From the NCBI GenBank assembly GCA_046758365.1, contig JBHIAC010000072.1, positions 1-16,188 of the forward strand: a stretch of DNA of 16,188 bases, written 5' to 3'. The position numbers were made by a program, and so were the translations under genes. Of this stretch, positions 6,435 through 13,737 are shown in pieces (position 1 is the stretch's first letter; every line of letters starts with the position of its first letter). This stretch comes from a bacterium. GTDB lineage: Bacteria; Zhuqueibacterota; Zhuqueibacteria; Oceanimicrobiales; Oceanimicrobiaceae. The notes beneath the pieces were generated by a model. The model saw only the letters and a program-made list of their open reading frames with translations, was not told the origin of the DNA and made no database searches.

Positions 6435-8429
6435 TTATTTTAACAATAGCATTTTATGTGTTTGTTGAAAGGGACCAGCAGTAATTTTGTAAAAATATAG
6501 ACCGCTCGTGACCCTTTGACCGGACTCATCAAACCCATCCCAAATGGCTTCATGTTTACCAGCTTTCATTTTTTCATCAAGAAGAACTTTTATCTTTTGG
6601 CCTAAGACATTGTAAATTGAAAGGTGTACATGAGTTGATCTAAGCAGCTCAAATTGGATGGCAGTGGATGGATTAAATGGATTGGGATAGTTTTGATGCA
6701 ATGTGAAAAGCTTTGGTATCTCCAAGGATTGATCGCCTTCCACTCTGACAGGAGGATTTTGGTATGTCTTACCTCCAATAATTACCAATTCTATTTTCAA
6801 ATCTTTTATTTGGTTAACTGGAACGGAGTAGAGATCATTTGACCACACATCCATGTCTGCAAATTTCCCCTCTTCAATAGACCCCTTGATGTCTTCTTCA
6901 AAAGCTGCATAGGCAGATCCCATCGTAAAGGCTCGCAGCGCCTCTTGTATAGTAATCCTCTCCTGCGGGGCTATCACCTTTCCGGAAGAAGTCTGTCTTA
7001 CCACTGCTGCCCAAAGTACTAACTGCGGAGCCAGCTCTGGTACGGTGGGGAAATCTGAACCCAGTGCCACATGAATGCCGGCATCTAAGAATGACCTCAG
7101 AGGTATCAGTCGCTGGATTCGTTCACCCCAGATCGGAATATACATATCACCGCCGCTATAAATGGCGGCCGGCTGTGCAGAAACCACGACTCCTAAACTT
7201 TTTATCCTGTCAATCGCTGCAGTGGTTGGTATCATAGCATGCTCAAGTCGGTGGCGGTGGTCTGCTCTGGTCGTATCATTCAAGGCTTCTTCAATTGCAT
7301 CCAAAGCCAGATCTATCGCCTTGTCTCCCATTACATGAAAAGCCAATTGACGGCCAGCCCGGTGAAGCTCCTTCACAACAGTTTTCAAGGTATCAGGATT
7401 CCAGGTTGGAAGATTATAAGACGGACCTGGGTGAGGTGCATATGTGTACGATGTAGGAGGCTGACCATCTAAAAGGAATTTATTTCCTCCAAAGCTCAGC
7501 ATGGGTCCGGTGAAAAGTTGGCTATGTTCAAGACTAAGAGTTGCATCTTCTGGCCTTTCAACCGTGAATAACAAAAAACCTCTCAGCTTTAGCTCGTCTT
7601 TTGACGCCAGATAGGCCTGAAACCTGGTAGCTCCTCTAGTGTTGACATCTTGGAAACTCGTCAGACCTTCAGCCACATATCTTTCTTGCGCAAATTTAAC
7701 GTCATTAACCAAATCTTCCACGGTGAACACAGGATAGTACCTTCGCACTAAATCCATTGCCGGATGATTCCATAAAACCCCGGTAGGCTCACCGGTAGTT
7801 GAGTCCTTTTCAATGATGCCGCCTACAGGATTGGGAGTATTTTTATCAATACCGGCGATTTCAAGCGCTTTGCTGTTTGCCGTACCAAAATGTCCACCTA
7901 TACTATTCAGAAAAACAGGATTGTTGGGTGATACGGGGTCCAGATCCCAGCGTGTTGGCAATCTTCCATCGGTTAGCTGAAAAAACCCATCCCCGATAAC
8001 CCACTCACCTGAAGATAATTGACTAATTCGCTCCGCCACGCGCGACACGATGTCAGCTATTGATGTAACTCCGGGCGGACGGAGGTTCAGATAATCGTTC
8101 TCTGCCTGTCCGTAGTACATAAGATGAGTATGACTATCAATGAGCCCCGGTGTTACTATTTTTCCGTTTAGGTCCAGACTATCTGTATCCGGTCCAATGA
8201 ATGGCTGAATGTCCTCATTCGTTCCTACCTTGATAATGATGCTATCTTTCACTGCAACAGCCTGTGCAATAGTATCATTTGCATCGACTGTAATGATCTT
8301 ACCGTTTTTGAGAACCAAGTCAGCGTAGGTTTGACCGCCGGATTGGCCGGGAAAAGAACTCAACAGAACCAAAACCATAATTACACTTATGGTTGGGGTT
8401 AAATGAACTAATTGTTTGTGCTGTTTCAT
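6435..8429 (-). CDS. Secreted amidohydrolase family 3 (YtcJ-like) protein with a C-terminal FlgD-Ig / T9SS type A sorting-like domain
   Basis: Metal-site motifs PGLIDSHTH, KFLLDG, HVMGD, RLEHA and GSDFP, plus KGSIEEGKFAD. It has a signal peptide, a C-terminal LHQNYPNPFNPST...SGLYFYKI...KMLLLK and RBS AGGAGG. Confidence 0.93.
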   Translation of the reverse strand: MKQHKQLVHLTPTISVIMVLVLLSSFPGQSGGQTYADLVLKNGKIITVDANDTIAQAVAVKDSIIIKVGTNEDIQPFIGPDTDSLDLNGKIVTPGLIDSHTHLMYYGQAENDYLNLRPPGVTSIADIVSRVAERISQLSSGEWVIGDGFFQLTDGRLPTRWDLDPVSPNNPVFLNSIGGHFGTANSKALEIAGIDKNTPNPVGGIIEKDSTTGEPTGVLWNHPAMDLVRRYYPVFTVEDLVNDVKFAQERYVAEGLTSFQDVNTRGATRFQAYLASKDELKLRGFLLFTVERPEDATLSLEHSQLFTGPMLSFGGNKFLLDGQPPTSYTYAPHPGPSYNLPTWNPDTLKTVVKELHRAGRQLAFHVMGDKAIDLALDAIEEALNDTTRADHRHRLEHAMIPTTAAIDRIKSLGVVVSAQPAAIYSGGDMYIPIWGERIQRLIPLRSFLDAGIHVALGSDFPTVPELAPQLVLWAAVVRQTSSGKVIAPQERITIQEALRAFTMGSAYAAFEEDIKGSIEEGKFADMDVWSNDLYSVPVNQIKDLKIELVIIGGKTYQNPPVRVEGDQSLEIPKLFTLHQNYPNPFNPSTAIQFELLRSTHVHLSIYNVLGQKIKVLLDEKMKAGKHEAIWDGFDESGQRVTSGLYFYKITAGPFQQTHKMLLLK

Positions 8430-8526
8430 GGCAAAAGTCCTCCTATTTAAATGATGATATAAAAAAGGATAGCTTCTTTAATGTCATTCAAAGTAAACCT
8501 TCTGCCAGGGTTGACAATATTGCTAC

Positions 8527-8555
8527 AAAATAATACAGAAAATATCTTTTGTCAA
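8527..8555 (-). promoter_or_regulatory. Candidate sigma-70 promoter for the amidohydrolase
   Basis: TTGACA-N17-TATTTT on the minus strand, about 100 bp upstream of the start codon. Confidence 0.45.
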
Positions 8556-8572
8556 GCGTATTGTTAAAAAAA

Positions 8573-8829
8573 TTATTGAGAGCTCCTAACTTTTTCTGAA
8601 TAAATAATCGGTGGGTGATATTCATCTGGCCAAATTTTAAAATTTCTATTCCCCTTTTTGCTGCCGTGCCGCTTTTATAAAAATATAAAGATATAATATC
8701 TATTTATCATTTTCAAGCATTTTGGAGATTTGTTTTGAAGTGAATTTTTTTGAATACAGGTAACCAGTGAACAATTGTATGTGTAGTGAGATAGATACCA
8801 TCATCATGAACGATTTTATATCTTGCCGT
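8573..8829 (-). pseudogene. Decayed REP-associated tyrosine transposase (RAYT, IS200-like Y1 family)
   Basis: N-terminal fragment (ACG)ARYKIVHDDGIYLTTHTIVHWLPVF, then YIFIKAARQQKG (8687-8652), a 1-nt frameshift and NRNFKIWPDEYHPPIIYSEK (from 8650). These resemble the RAYT motifs YFxTxTVVxWxxVF and WQxxxHP. The central HUH segment and catalytic Tyr region are missing. Confidence 0.78.
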
Positions 8830-8929
8830 TAAACTCTGTACAAATGGCCTATCACAACGTAACTTGCACTCAAATTTGGGATAGTCTAAAAAATGGGAGG
8901 GGAATGTCAAGTTATGCAAGAATTTTCTA

Positions 8930-8958
8930 TTGCATCTAACCTACATTTTTTTTAATTT
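8930..8958 (+). promoter_or_regulatory. Candidate sigma-70 promoter
   Basis: TTGCAT-N17-TAATTT upstream of the structured leader and the isochorismatase-family gene. The AT-rich context makes a chance match possible. Confidence 0.3.
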
Positions 8959-9038
8959 TATTATTCGTATGAAAATTTAAGTAAAGCATATTTTACAACT
9001 GATGAATGACGTAGGTGCAAAGTACCAACGTTATGGAT

Positions 9039-9069
9039 GGTGGGAAATTTTTCCCGCCTTTCTATTTTT
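9039..9069 (+). terminator. Intrinsic terminator-like hairpin upstream of the isochorismatase-family gene
   Basis: GGTGGGAA-ATTT-TTCCCGCC followed by TTTCTATTTTT. Confidence 0.6.
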
Positions 9070-9173
9070 AGTTAGATATCATATGAAAGGAATTTATGGC
9101 ATATCCAAGAGAAGCGGGAACCTATTAAATGTTTTGGAATTTTAATTATAACCAATAAAATAATGGAGTAAAC

Positions 9174-9731
9174 GTGAAACGTCATCCACAAATTTTGAAT
9201 CGAAATCGTACGGCTCTTTTGATAGTTGATGTACAACAAAAGATTAATGCTGTGATGCTGTATGGAGATATAGTTGTTAATAGTATTGTCAAATTAATCA
9301 AGGCTTGTAAGATATTAAATGTCCCAATTTTTATAACCGAACAGTACCCAAAGGGTTTGGGCCCCACGGAACCGAAAATTTTAGAAGCCCTGGAAGGCAA
9401 AGTTCCTATTCAAAAAATGACTTTTAGCTGTTGTGGAGTTGAACAACTCATTTCCCAATTTAAAGAAAAAAATATCCAGCAGGTGATTGTGACGGGTATC
9501 GAATCCCATGTATGTGTCCAACAGACAGCACTAGATTTGTTGGAACAAAATATTCAGGTCCATGTGCCTAAGGAGGCTGTATCATCAAGAAATGAACTAG
9601 ATTACCAAACGGCCTTGGAAAGAATGTCTAAAACCGGCGTGGTGCTAACTACGGTGGAGGCAGCCCTTTTTGAATTGTTGGAAGAAGCTGGAACGCCCGA
9701 GTTTAAGGAGGTGTCAAATCTAATTAAGTAA
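9174..9731 (+). CDS. Isochorismatase-family cysteine hydrolase (YcaC/ISOC-like)
   Basis: Motifs ALLIVDVQ, TEQYPKGLGPT, KMTFSC and GIESHVCVQQT supply the Asp-Lys-Cys triad. GTG start with GGAG RBS. Confidence 0.95.
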   Translation: MKRHPQILNRNRTALLIVDVQQKINAVMLYGDIVVNSIVKLIKACKILNVPIFITEQYPKGLGPTEPKILEALEGKVPIQKMTFSCCGVEQLISQFKEKNIQQVIVTGIESHVCVQQTALDLLEQNIQVHVPKEAVSSRNELDYQTALERMSKTGVVLTTVEAALFELLEEAGTPEFKEVSNLIK

Positions 9732-9740
9732 AGTTTAATC

Positions 9741-9769
9741 TTGATTTATGTCTATTTTTTTACTATATT
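9741..9769 (+). promoter_or_regulatory. Candidate sigma-70 promoter
   Basis: TTGATT-N17-TATATT immediately after the hydrolase stop codon. Confidence 0.35.
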
Positions 9770-9846
9770 ATATAAAAATAAATATTGTTGTTGCATAAAA
9801 GTAGGAAGCTAAAAAATTTAAGTTGTCAAGGATGTTGGATACATCC

Positions 9847-9882
9847 CATAGGAAATTTATCCAAAAGAAGAGAAATCCTATG
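9847..9882. promoter_or_regulatory. Inverted repeat within a TAGGA/TCCTA motif cluster; candidate regulator binding region
   Basis: CATAGGA at 9847-9853 and TCCTATG at 9876-9882, with further TAGG(A)/(T)CCTA copies near 9802, 9883, 9895 and 9921. Confidence 0.4.
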
Positions 9883-10048
9883 TCCTAAATGACTTAGGTT
9901 TAAAGCATCGACGTCATAAATAGGATTATAACAGTAGATTTTATTGGAAATATCAAAATATCAAATCTTAAAAAATCAAGTATTAACTCTATCCCGCCTT
10001 GAATCGTTGTTTCCAAAATAATTATTTAACAGGAAAAAGAGGAAAAAT

Positions 10049-10381
10049 ATGGACAAAAAAGTAAATAATATTACAGAGCGTAAATTGGTGGTGTCTGTAG
10101 TATTACGGGCGGTAAAGGATTATTTAGATGGTCATAATATTCACAAAATAGCCAGATTGAAAGCAAAGGGGTTGGAACATGATCTGAGCCAACTTGAAAA
10201 AAATTGTAAAAGTGCAAAATTTTGGTTATATGAAGAAAAAAATTCCGATTATATATTCTCATTTGAAAAATGTTGTGAGATCATCTCAATCAGTCCTGAT
10301 AGAATTCGACGCGGATTGAGACAGCTCATTCAAAGAAATTTTAATTCACCAAAAAGGGAGATTACAAGGCTATCTAACTAA
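10049..10381 (+). CDS. Small basic hypothetical protein, predicted helical
   Basis: 110-aa ORF with RBS AGAGG. The pattern VVLRAVKDY...AKFWL...YIFSFEKCCEII...IRRGL recalls an uncharacterised small protein family. Confidence 0.78.
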   Translation: MDKKVNNITERKLVVSVVLRAVKDYLDGHNIHKIARLKAKGLEHDLSQLEKNCKSAKFWLYEEKNSDYIFSFEKCCEIISISPDRIRRGLRQLIQRNFNSPKREITRLSN

Positions 10382-10468
10382 ATCTTAATTTATAACAAAA
10401 TTATCTACTAAAATCTGACAGAGAAATTGGTAGTTTAGATTATTAGAAATTGATTCGAGGTGATTATG

Positions 10469-11533
10469 ATGGCCGAGGCCATGACATTGAAAGACGTTTT
10501 GAAAACCTACACCATGAAAGGAGAACTATACGAAGCACACCCCGACGGTAGTTTAACTTGTTTTGCCTGTGGCCATCGTTGTTTAATCAAAGATGGTAGG
10601 GATGGCATCTGCCGGGTGCGTTTTAATCAAGGTGGTGAACTGTACGTACCGGCCAACTACGCCGCAGGAGTTCAGTGTGATCCTATCGAGAAAAAGCCTT
10701 TTTATCATGCCTATCCTGGCTCGTTAGCTGTTACATTTGGGATGTTAGGATGTGACTATCACTGTGGCTATTGTCAAAACTGGGTATCTTCTCAAGCGCT
10801 CCGCGATCCGAATGCTGTATCGCTGCCCCAAGAAGTCCGTCCTATTGATTTAATCATCATGGGAAAAAAATTTAATGCTAAACTTATCGTTAGTAGTTAT
10901 AACGAACCCCTTATAACCAGTGAATGGGCCGTAAAAATTTTCAAAGAGGCAAAAAAAGAAGGCTTTGTAACAGGATATGTTTCTAATGGAAATGCAACGC
11001 CAGAAGTGCTGGACTATATAAGGCCTGACACAGACCTTTACAAAATCGATCTAAAGTCTTTCAACGATAAAAATTATCGTAAATTGGGTGGCGTGCTCCA
11101 GCACGTTTTGGATGCCATTGTCATGGTGTATGAAAGAGGGTTTTGGATTGAAATTGTTACATTGGTTGTTCCAGGTTTTAATGATTCTGATGGGGAGTTC
11201 AAATCCATAGCTAAATTTTTAGTTGATATTTCACCAAATATCCCTTGGCATATTACCGCATTTCATCAAGATTATAAAATGACGAAGCCTGATAATACTC
11301 CAATAGAAACCTTAGTTCGAGCAGCAGAAATCGGATATGAAGCGGGATTAAACTTTGTTTATGCTGGAAATCTGCCAGGCATGGTAGGTAAATATGAAAA
11401 TACTTACTGCCCGCAATGCGGCGAAGAATTAATTACAAGGCTTGGATTTCGGGTTGTGAAAAATAAAATTAAAAAAGGGGAGTGCTATAGATGCAATACT
11501 CCTATTCCAGGGTGTTGGGAGGGCGTCGATTAA
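10469..11533 (+). CDS. amrS: AmmeMemoRadiSam system radical SAM enzyme
   Basis: N-terminal CFACGHRC...GICRVR, DPIEKKPFYH, radical SAM motif GCDYHCGYCQNW, YNEP, PWHITAFH, YAGN and C-terminal CPQC/CYRC. The start is chosen from the GAGGTG RBS at 10457-10462; 10460 and 10466 are alternatives. Confidence 0.93.
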   Translation: MAEAMTLKDVLKTYTMKGELYEAHPDGSLTCFACGHRCLIKDGRDGICRVRFNQGGELYVPANYAAGVQCDPIEKKPFYHAYPGSLAVTFGMLGCDYHCGYCQNWVSSQALRDPNAVSLPQEVRPIDLIIMGKKFNAKLIVSSYNEPLITSEWAVKIFKEAKKEGFVTGYVSNGNATPEVLDYIRPDTDLYKIDLKSFNDKNYRKLGGVLQHVLDAIVMVYERGFWIEIVTLVVPGFNDSDGEFKSIAKFLVDISPNIPWHITAFHQDYKMTKPDNTPIETLVRAAEIGYEAGLNFVYAGNLPGMVGKYENTYCPQCGEELITRLGFRVVKNKIKKGECYRCNTPIPGCWEGVD

Positions 11534-11575
11534 TCTATTTCAAAGTTAACAATTTTATTCAGGAGGAAAGAGGAG

Positions 11576-13246
11576 ATGGCTAAAAAAAGGTTAACAGTTG
11601 TTTTATTGTCATTAATTGGTTTATTTATATTTACTCAACTCAACTGTCAATCGCCGGAAACTGTAGGAAGGCTAGAGGGTGCCTTAAAGTTGCACAGAAT
11701 CAGGGCACACCTGCAATATCTTTCAGATGACCTCATGGAAGGTCGAGGTACCGGGAGCCGGGGAAGCGAATTAGCAGCTAAATATATTGCCTCCCAATTT
11801 CAGACCGCTGGCTTAATTCCAGCCGTGGGTGATTCTAGTTATTTTCAAAATGTCGAGTTATTGGGAATGATCCCTACGGCCTCTCTTACTATTAGAGGGC
11901 CAAGTAAAACTTGGAAGTTAAAGCAAGGAAGTCAGTTTGTTGGTTGGACTGAGATAGAGCAGGCTAACGTTTCGTTCAAGGATCTTGATGTTATTTTTAT
12001 GGGATTTGGAATTGTCGCCCCCGAATATAATTGGAACGATTACACTAACATCGATGTGACTGGTAAAGTGCTTATGATGTTTGTGAACGAGCCTCAGACG
12101 GCGGATTCTTTGCTTTTCGGCGGTAGGGCTTTGACTTATTACGGTCGTTGGACCTACAAATTTGAAGAGGCGATACGAAAAGGAGCAGAAGCGGTAATTC
12201 TTATACATACCACACCTTTAGCTGGATACGGTTGGAATGTTGTCCAAAATTCCTGGACTGGCAAACAATTTTATATAAAAAGTCCAGAAGATACTAAATT
12301 CTTGAAATTTGAGTCCTGGATAACCCAGGATGTAGCACAAGAGGTATTACAGGCTGCTGGATTGAGTTTGGATAACCTCATTGACCAAGCGAGCTCTTCG
12401 GATTTTAAACCCATTACTTTACCTCTGAAAGTGACCGCCTCGGTTCAAAATGAAATCCTTCACATTCAATCACCCAATGTAATCGCAAAGCTTGAAGGCA
12501 GTGATCCGCAATTAAAAGAAGAATGTATTATCTACACTAGTCATTATGATCATTTGGGTAAAAATGAATCTGAGTCTGGAGATAATATATTCAATGGAGC
12601 TTATGATAATGCGTCTGGAACCGCTGCTTTAATTGAAATTGCCCAAGCTTTTACCCGCTTATCTAATCCACCAAAAAGAACCGTTCTATTTGCAGCCGTA
12701 ACCGCAGAAGAATCTGGCCTTTTGGGATCGCAATATTACGCTCAACATCCCATTTACTCACTGGCAAAAACAGCAGCCAACATTAACATTGATGCCGTGA
12801 ACGTATGGGGCAGAACGGAAAATATTATTGCCATGGGCGCTGACCGTTCAACCATAAGTAAAGTGGTTCAAAAAGTTGCTGATGAGATGCACATGGAAAT
12901 TTCTCCAGATCCGATGCCTGAACAGGGATTCTTTTATCGTTCCGATCAATTTAGTTTGGTTAAAGTGGGAGTACCTGCTGTTTATTTTGATGCTGGCTTG
13001 AAATTTGTTGGAAAACCGGCAGATTGGGGTAAAAAATTAATGGAAGAGTATATCGAAAAACGGTACCATTCTGTCGAGGATGAGTACGATCCTTCTTGGA
13101 GTTTAGAAGGCACGGTTCAAGTATCAAAATTTGCATTGAAGACCGGACTATATTTAGCGAATGCCCCAACTATGCCTGAATGGAATGAGGGAGATCAATT
13201 TAAACGAATTAGAGAACAATCTATTCAGAAATTTTCAAAGAAATAA
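11576..13246 (+). CDS. M28 family metallopeptidase with PA-domain insert; exported, possibly a lipoprotein
   Basis: Motifs LSDDLMEGRGTGS, SHYDHLG, NGAYDNASG, AEESGLLGS, NID, RSDQF and YHSVED, and PA-type GFGIVAPEYNWNDY...YYGRWTYKFEEA. RBS AGGAGG. Confidence 0.95.
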   Translation: MAKKRLTVVLLSLIGLFIFTQLNCQSPETVGRLEGALKLHRIRAHLQYLSDDLMEGRGTGSRGSELAAKYIASQFQTAGLIPAVGDSSYFQNVELLGMIPTASLTIRGPSKTWKLKQGSQFVGWTEIEQANVSFKDLDVIFMGFGIVAPEYNWNDYTNIDVTGKVLMMFVNEPQTADSLLFGGRALTYYGRWTYKFEEAIRKGAEAVILIHTTPLAGYGWNVVQNSWTGKQFYIKSPEDTKFLKFESWITQDVAQEVLQAAGLSLDNLIDQASSSDFKPITLPLKVTASVQNEILHIQSPNVIAKLEGSDPQLKEECIIYTSHYDHLGKNESESGDNIFNGAYDNASGTAALIEIAQAFTRLSNPPKRTVLFAAVTAEESGLLGSQYYAQHPIYSLAKTAANINIDAVNVWGRTENIIAMGADRSTISKVVQKVADEMHMEISPDPMPEQGFFYRSDQFSLVKVGVPAVYFDAGLKFVGKPADWGKKLMEEYIEKRYHSVEDEYDPSWSLEGTVQVSKFALKTGLYLANAPTMPEWNEGDQFKRIREQSIQKFSKK

Positions 13247-13289
13247 AATATTTATTTTCTAAGAATGTTTCGTAGTTTGCATTTAATAA

Positions 13290-13326
13290 AAAAACCGCTT
13301 CTCTAATGGAAGCGGTTTTTATTTTT
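13290..13326 (+). terminator. Intrinsic terminator, probably bidirectional
   Basis: AAAAACCGCTTC-TCTAATG-GAAGCGGTTTTT followed by ATTTTT. Confidence 0.85.
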
Positions 13327-13431
13327 GACCTAAGGTGAACGATGTGTTGTTTGCAAGCACTCCCCGTTGGGTTATAAAACGTATGGGAGTTAACCTGTCA
13401 GGTTGAATCTTTGTTTGTAAAGGAGGAGAAA

Positions 13432-13737
13432 GTGGGTAGACAAGTCCCGGTAAAGCTTGAGCTATCATCTTCAGAATAGGTAACAGCGATATCTCATTTT
13501 TTTCGTGGAGAAATGAACCGGACCAATGTTTGGCGTACCCGTTTAGATACCACAACTTATTGGGCCATTGTCACCAAAGCGGCCTTTTTGTCTTTTGGTT
13601 TTGGCAGTCGTGAAATCCCTCACTTTATAATCATTCTAGCTTCGATATTCGTGTTATTTTTTTTAATCATTGAGACCAGACGATATAAATATTTTGATCT
13701 TTGGAGATGGCGGGAAAATGAGATTTCAAATAGGTAA
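13432..13737 (+). pseudogene. DUF2270-family membrane protein pseudogene (internal stop and 3' truncation)
   Basis: AGGAGGAG RBS with GTG at 13432, an in-frame TAG at 13477-13479, then SHFFRGEMNRTNVWRTRLDTTTYWAIVT...ETRRYKYFDLWR typical of DUF2270. Similarity stops where the next gene begins. Confidence 0.82.

Noticed and set aside
8830..8919. N-terminal part of the 68-aa ORF 8713-8919 as a real gene
   Set aside because: Only the segment from 8829 onward resembles a protein family (RAYT); the rest looks like chance open frame.
9002..9038. SECIS-like stem (ATGA...AAA...GA)
   Set aside because: The GA quartet is out of register, there is no in-frame TGA gene nearby, and this type of SECIS is not expected in bacteria.
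8999..9060. Hammerhead ribozyme (CTGATGA followed by two stems)
   Set aside because: The required GAAA after stem II reads GGAT, and stem I cannot form with the flanking sequence.
8934..9077. Integron attC site (ATCTAAC ... GTTAGAT)
   Set aside because: The core motifs are complementary, but the interior lacks the extended attC dyad and L boxes, and there is no cassette array or integrase.
13380..13410. TPP, glycine or c-di-AMP riboswitch fragments (AACCTGACAGGTTAA / CTGTCAGG)
   Set aside because: The other conserved core elements of each class are absent.
13477..13479. TAG readthrough or recoding in the DUF2270 gene
   Set aside because: The gene is also 3' truncated, and TAG serves as a normal stop at 490-492 and 2041-2043.
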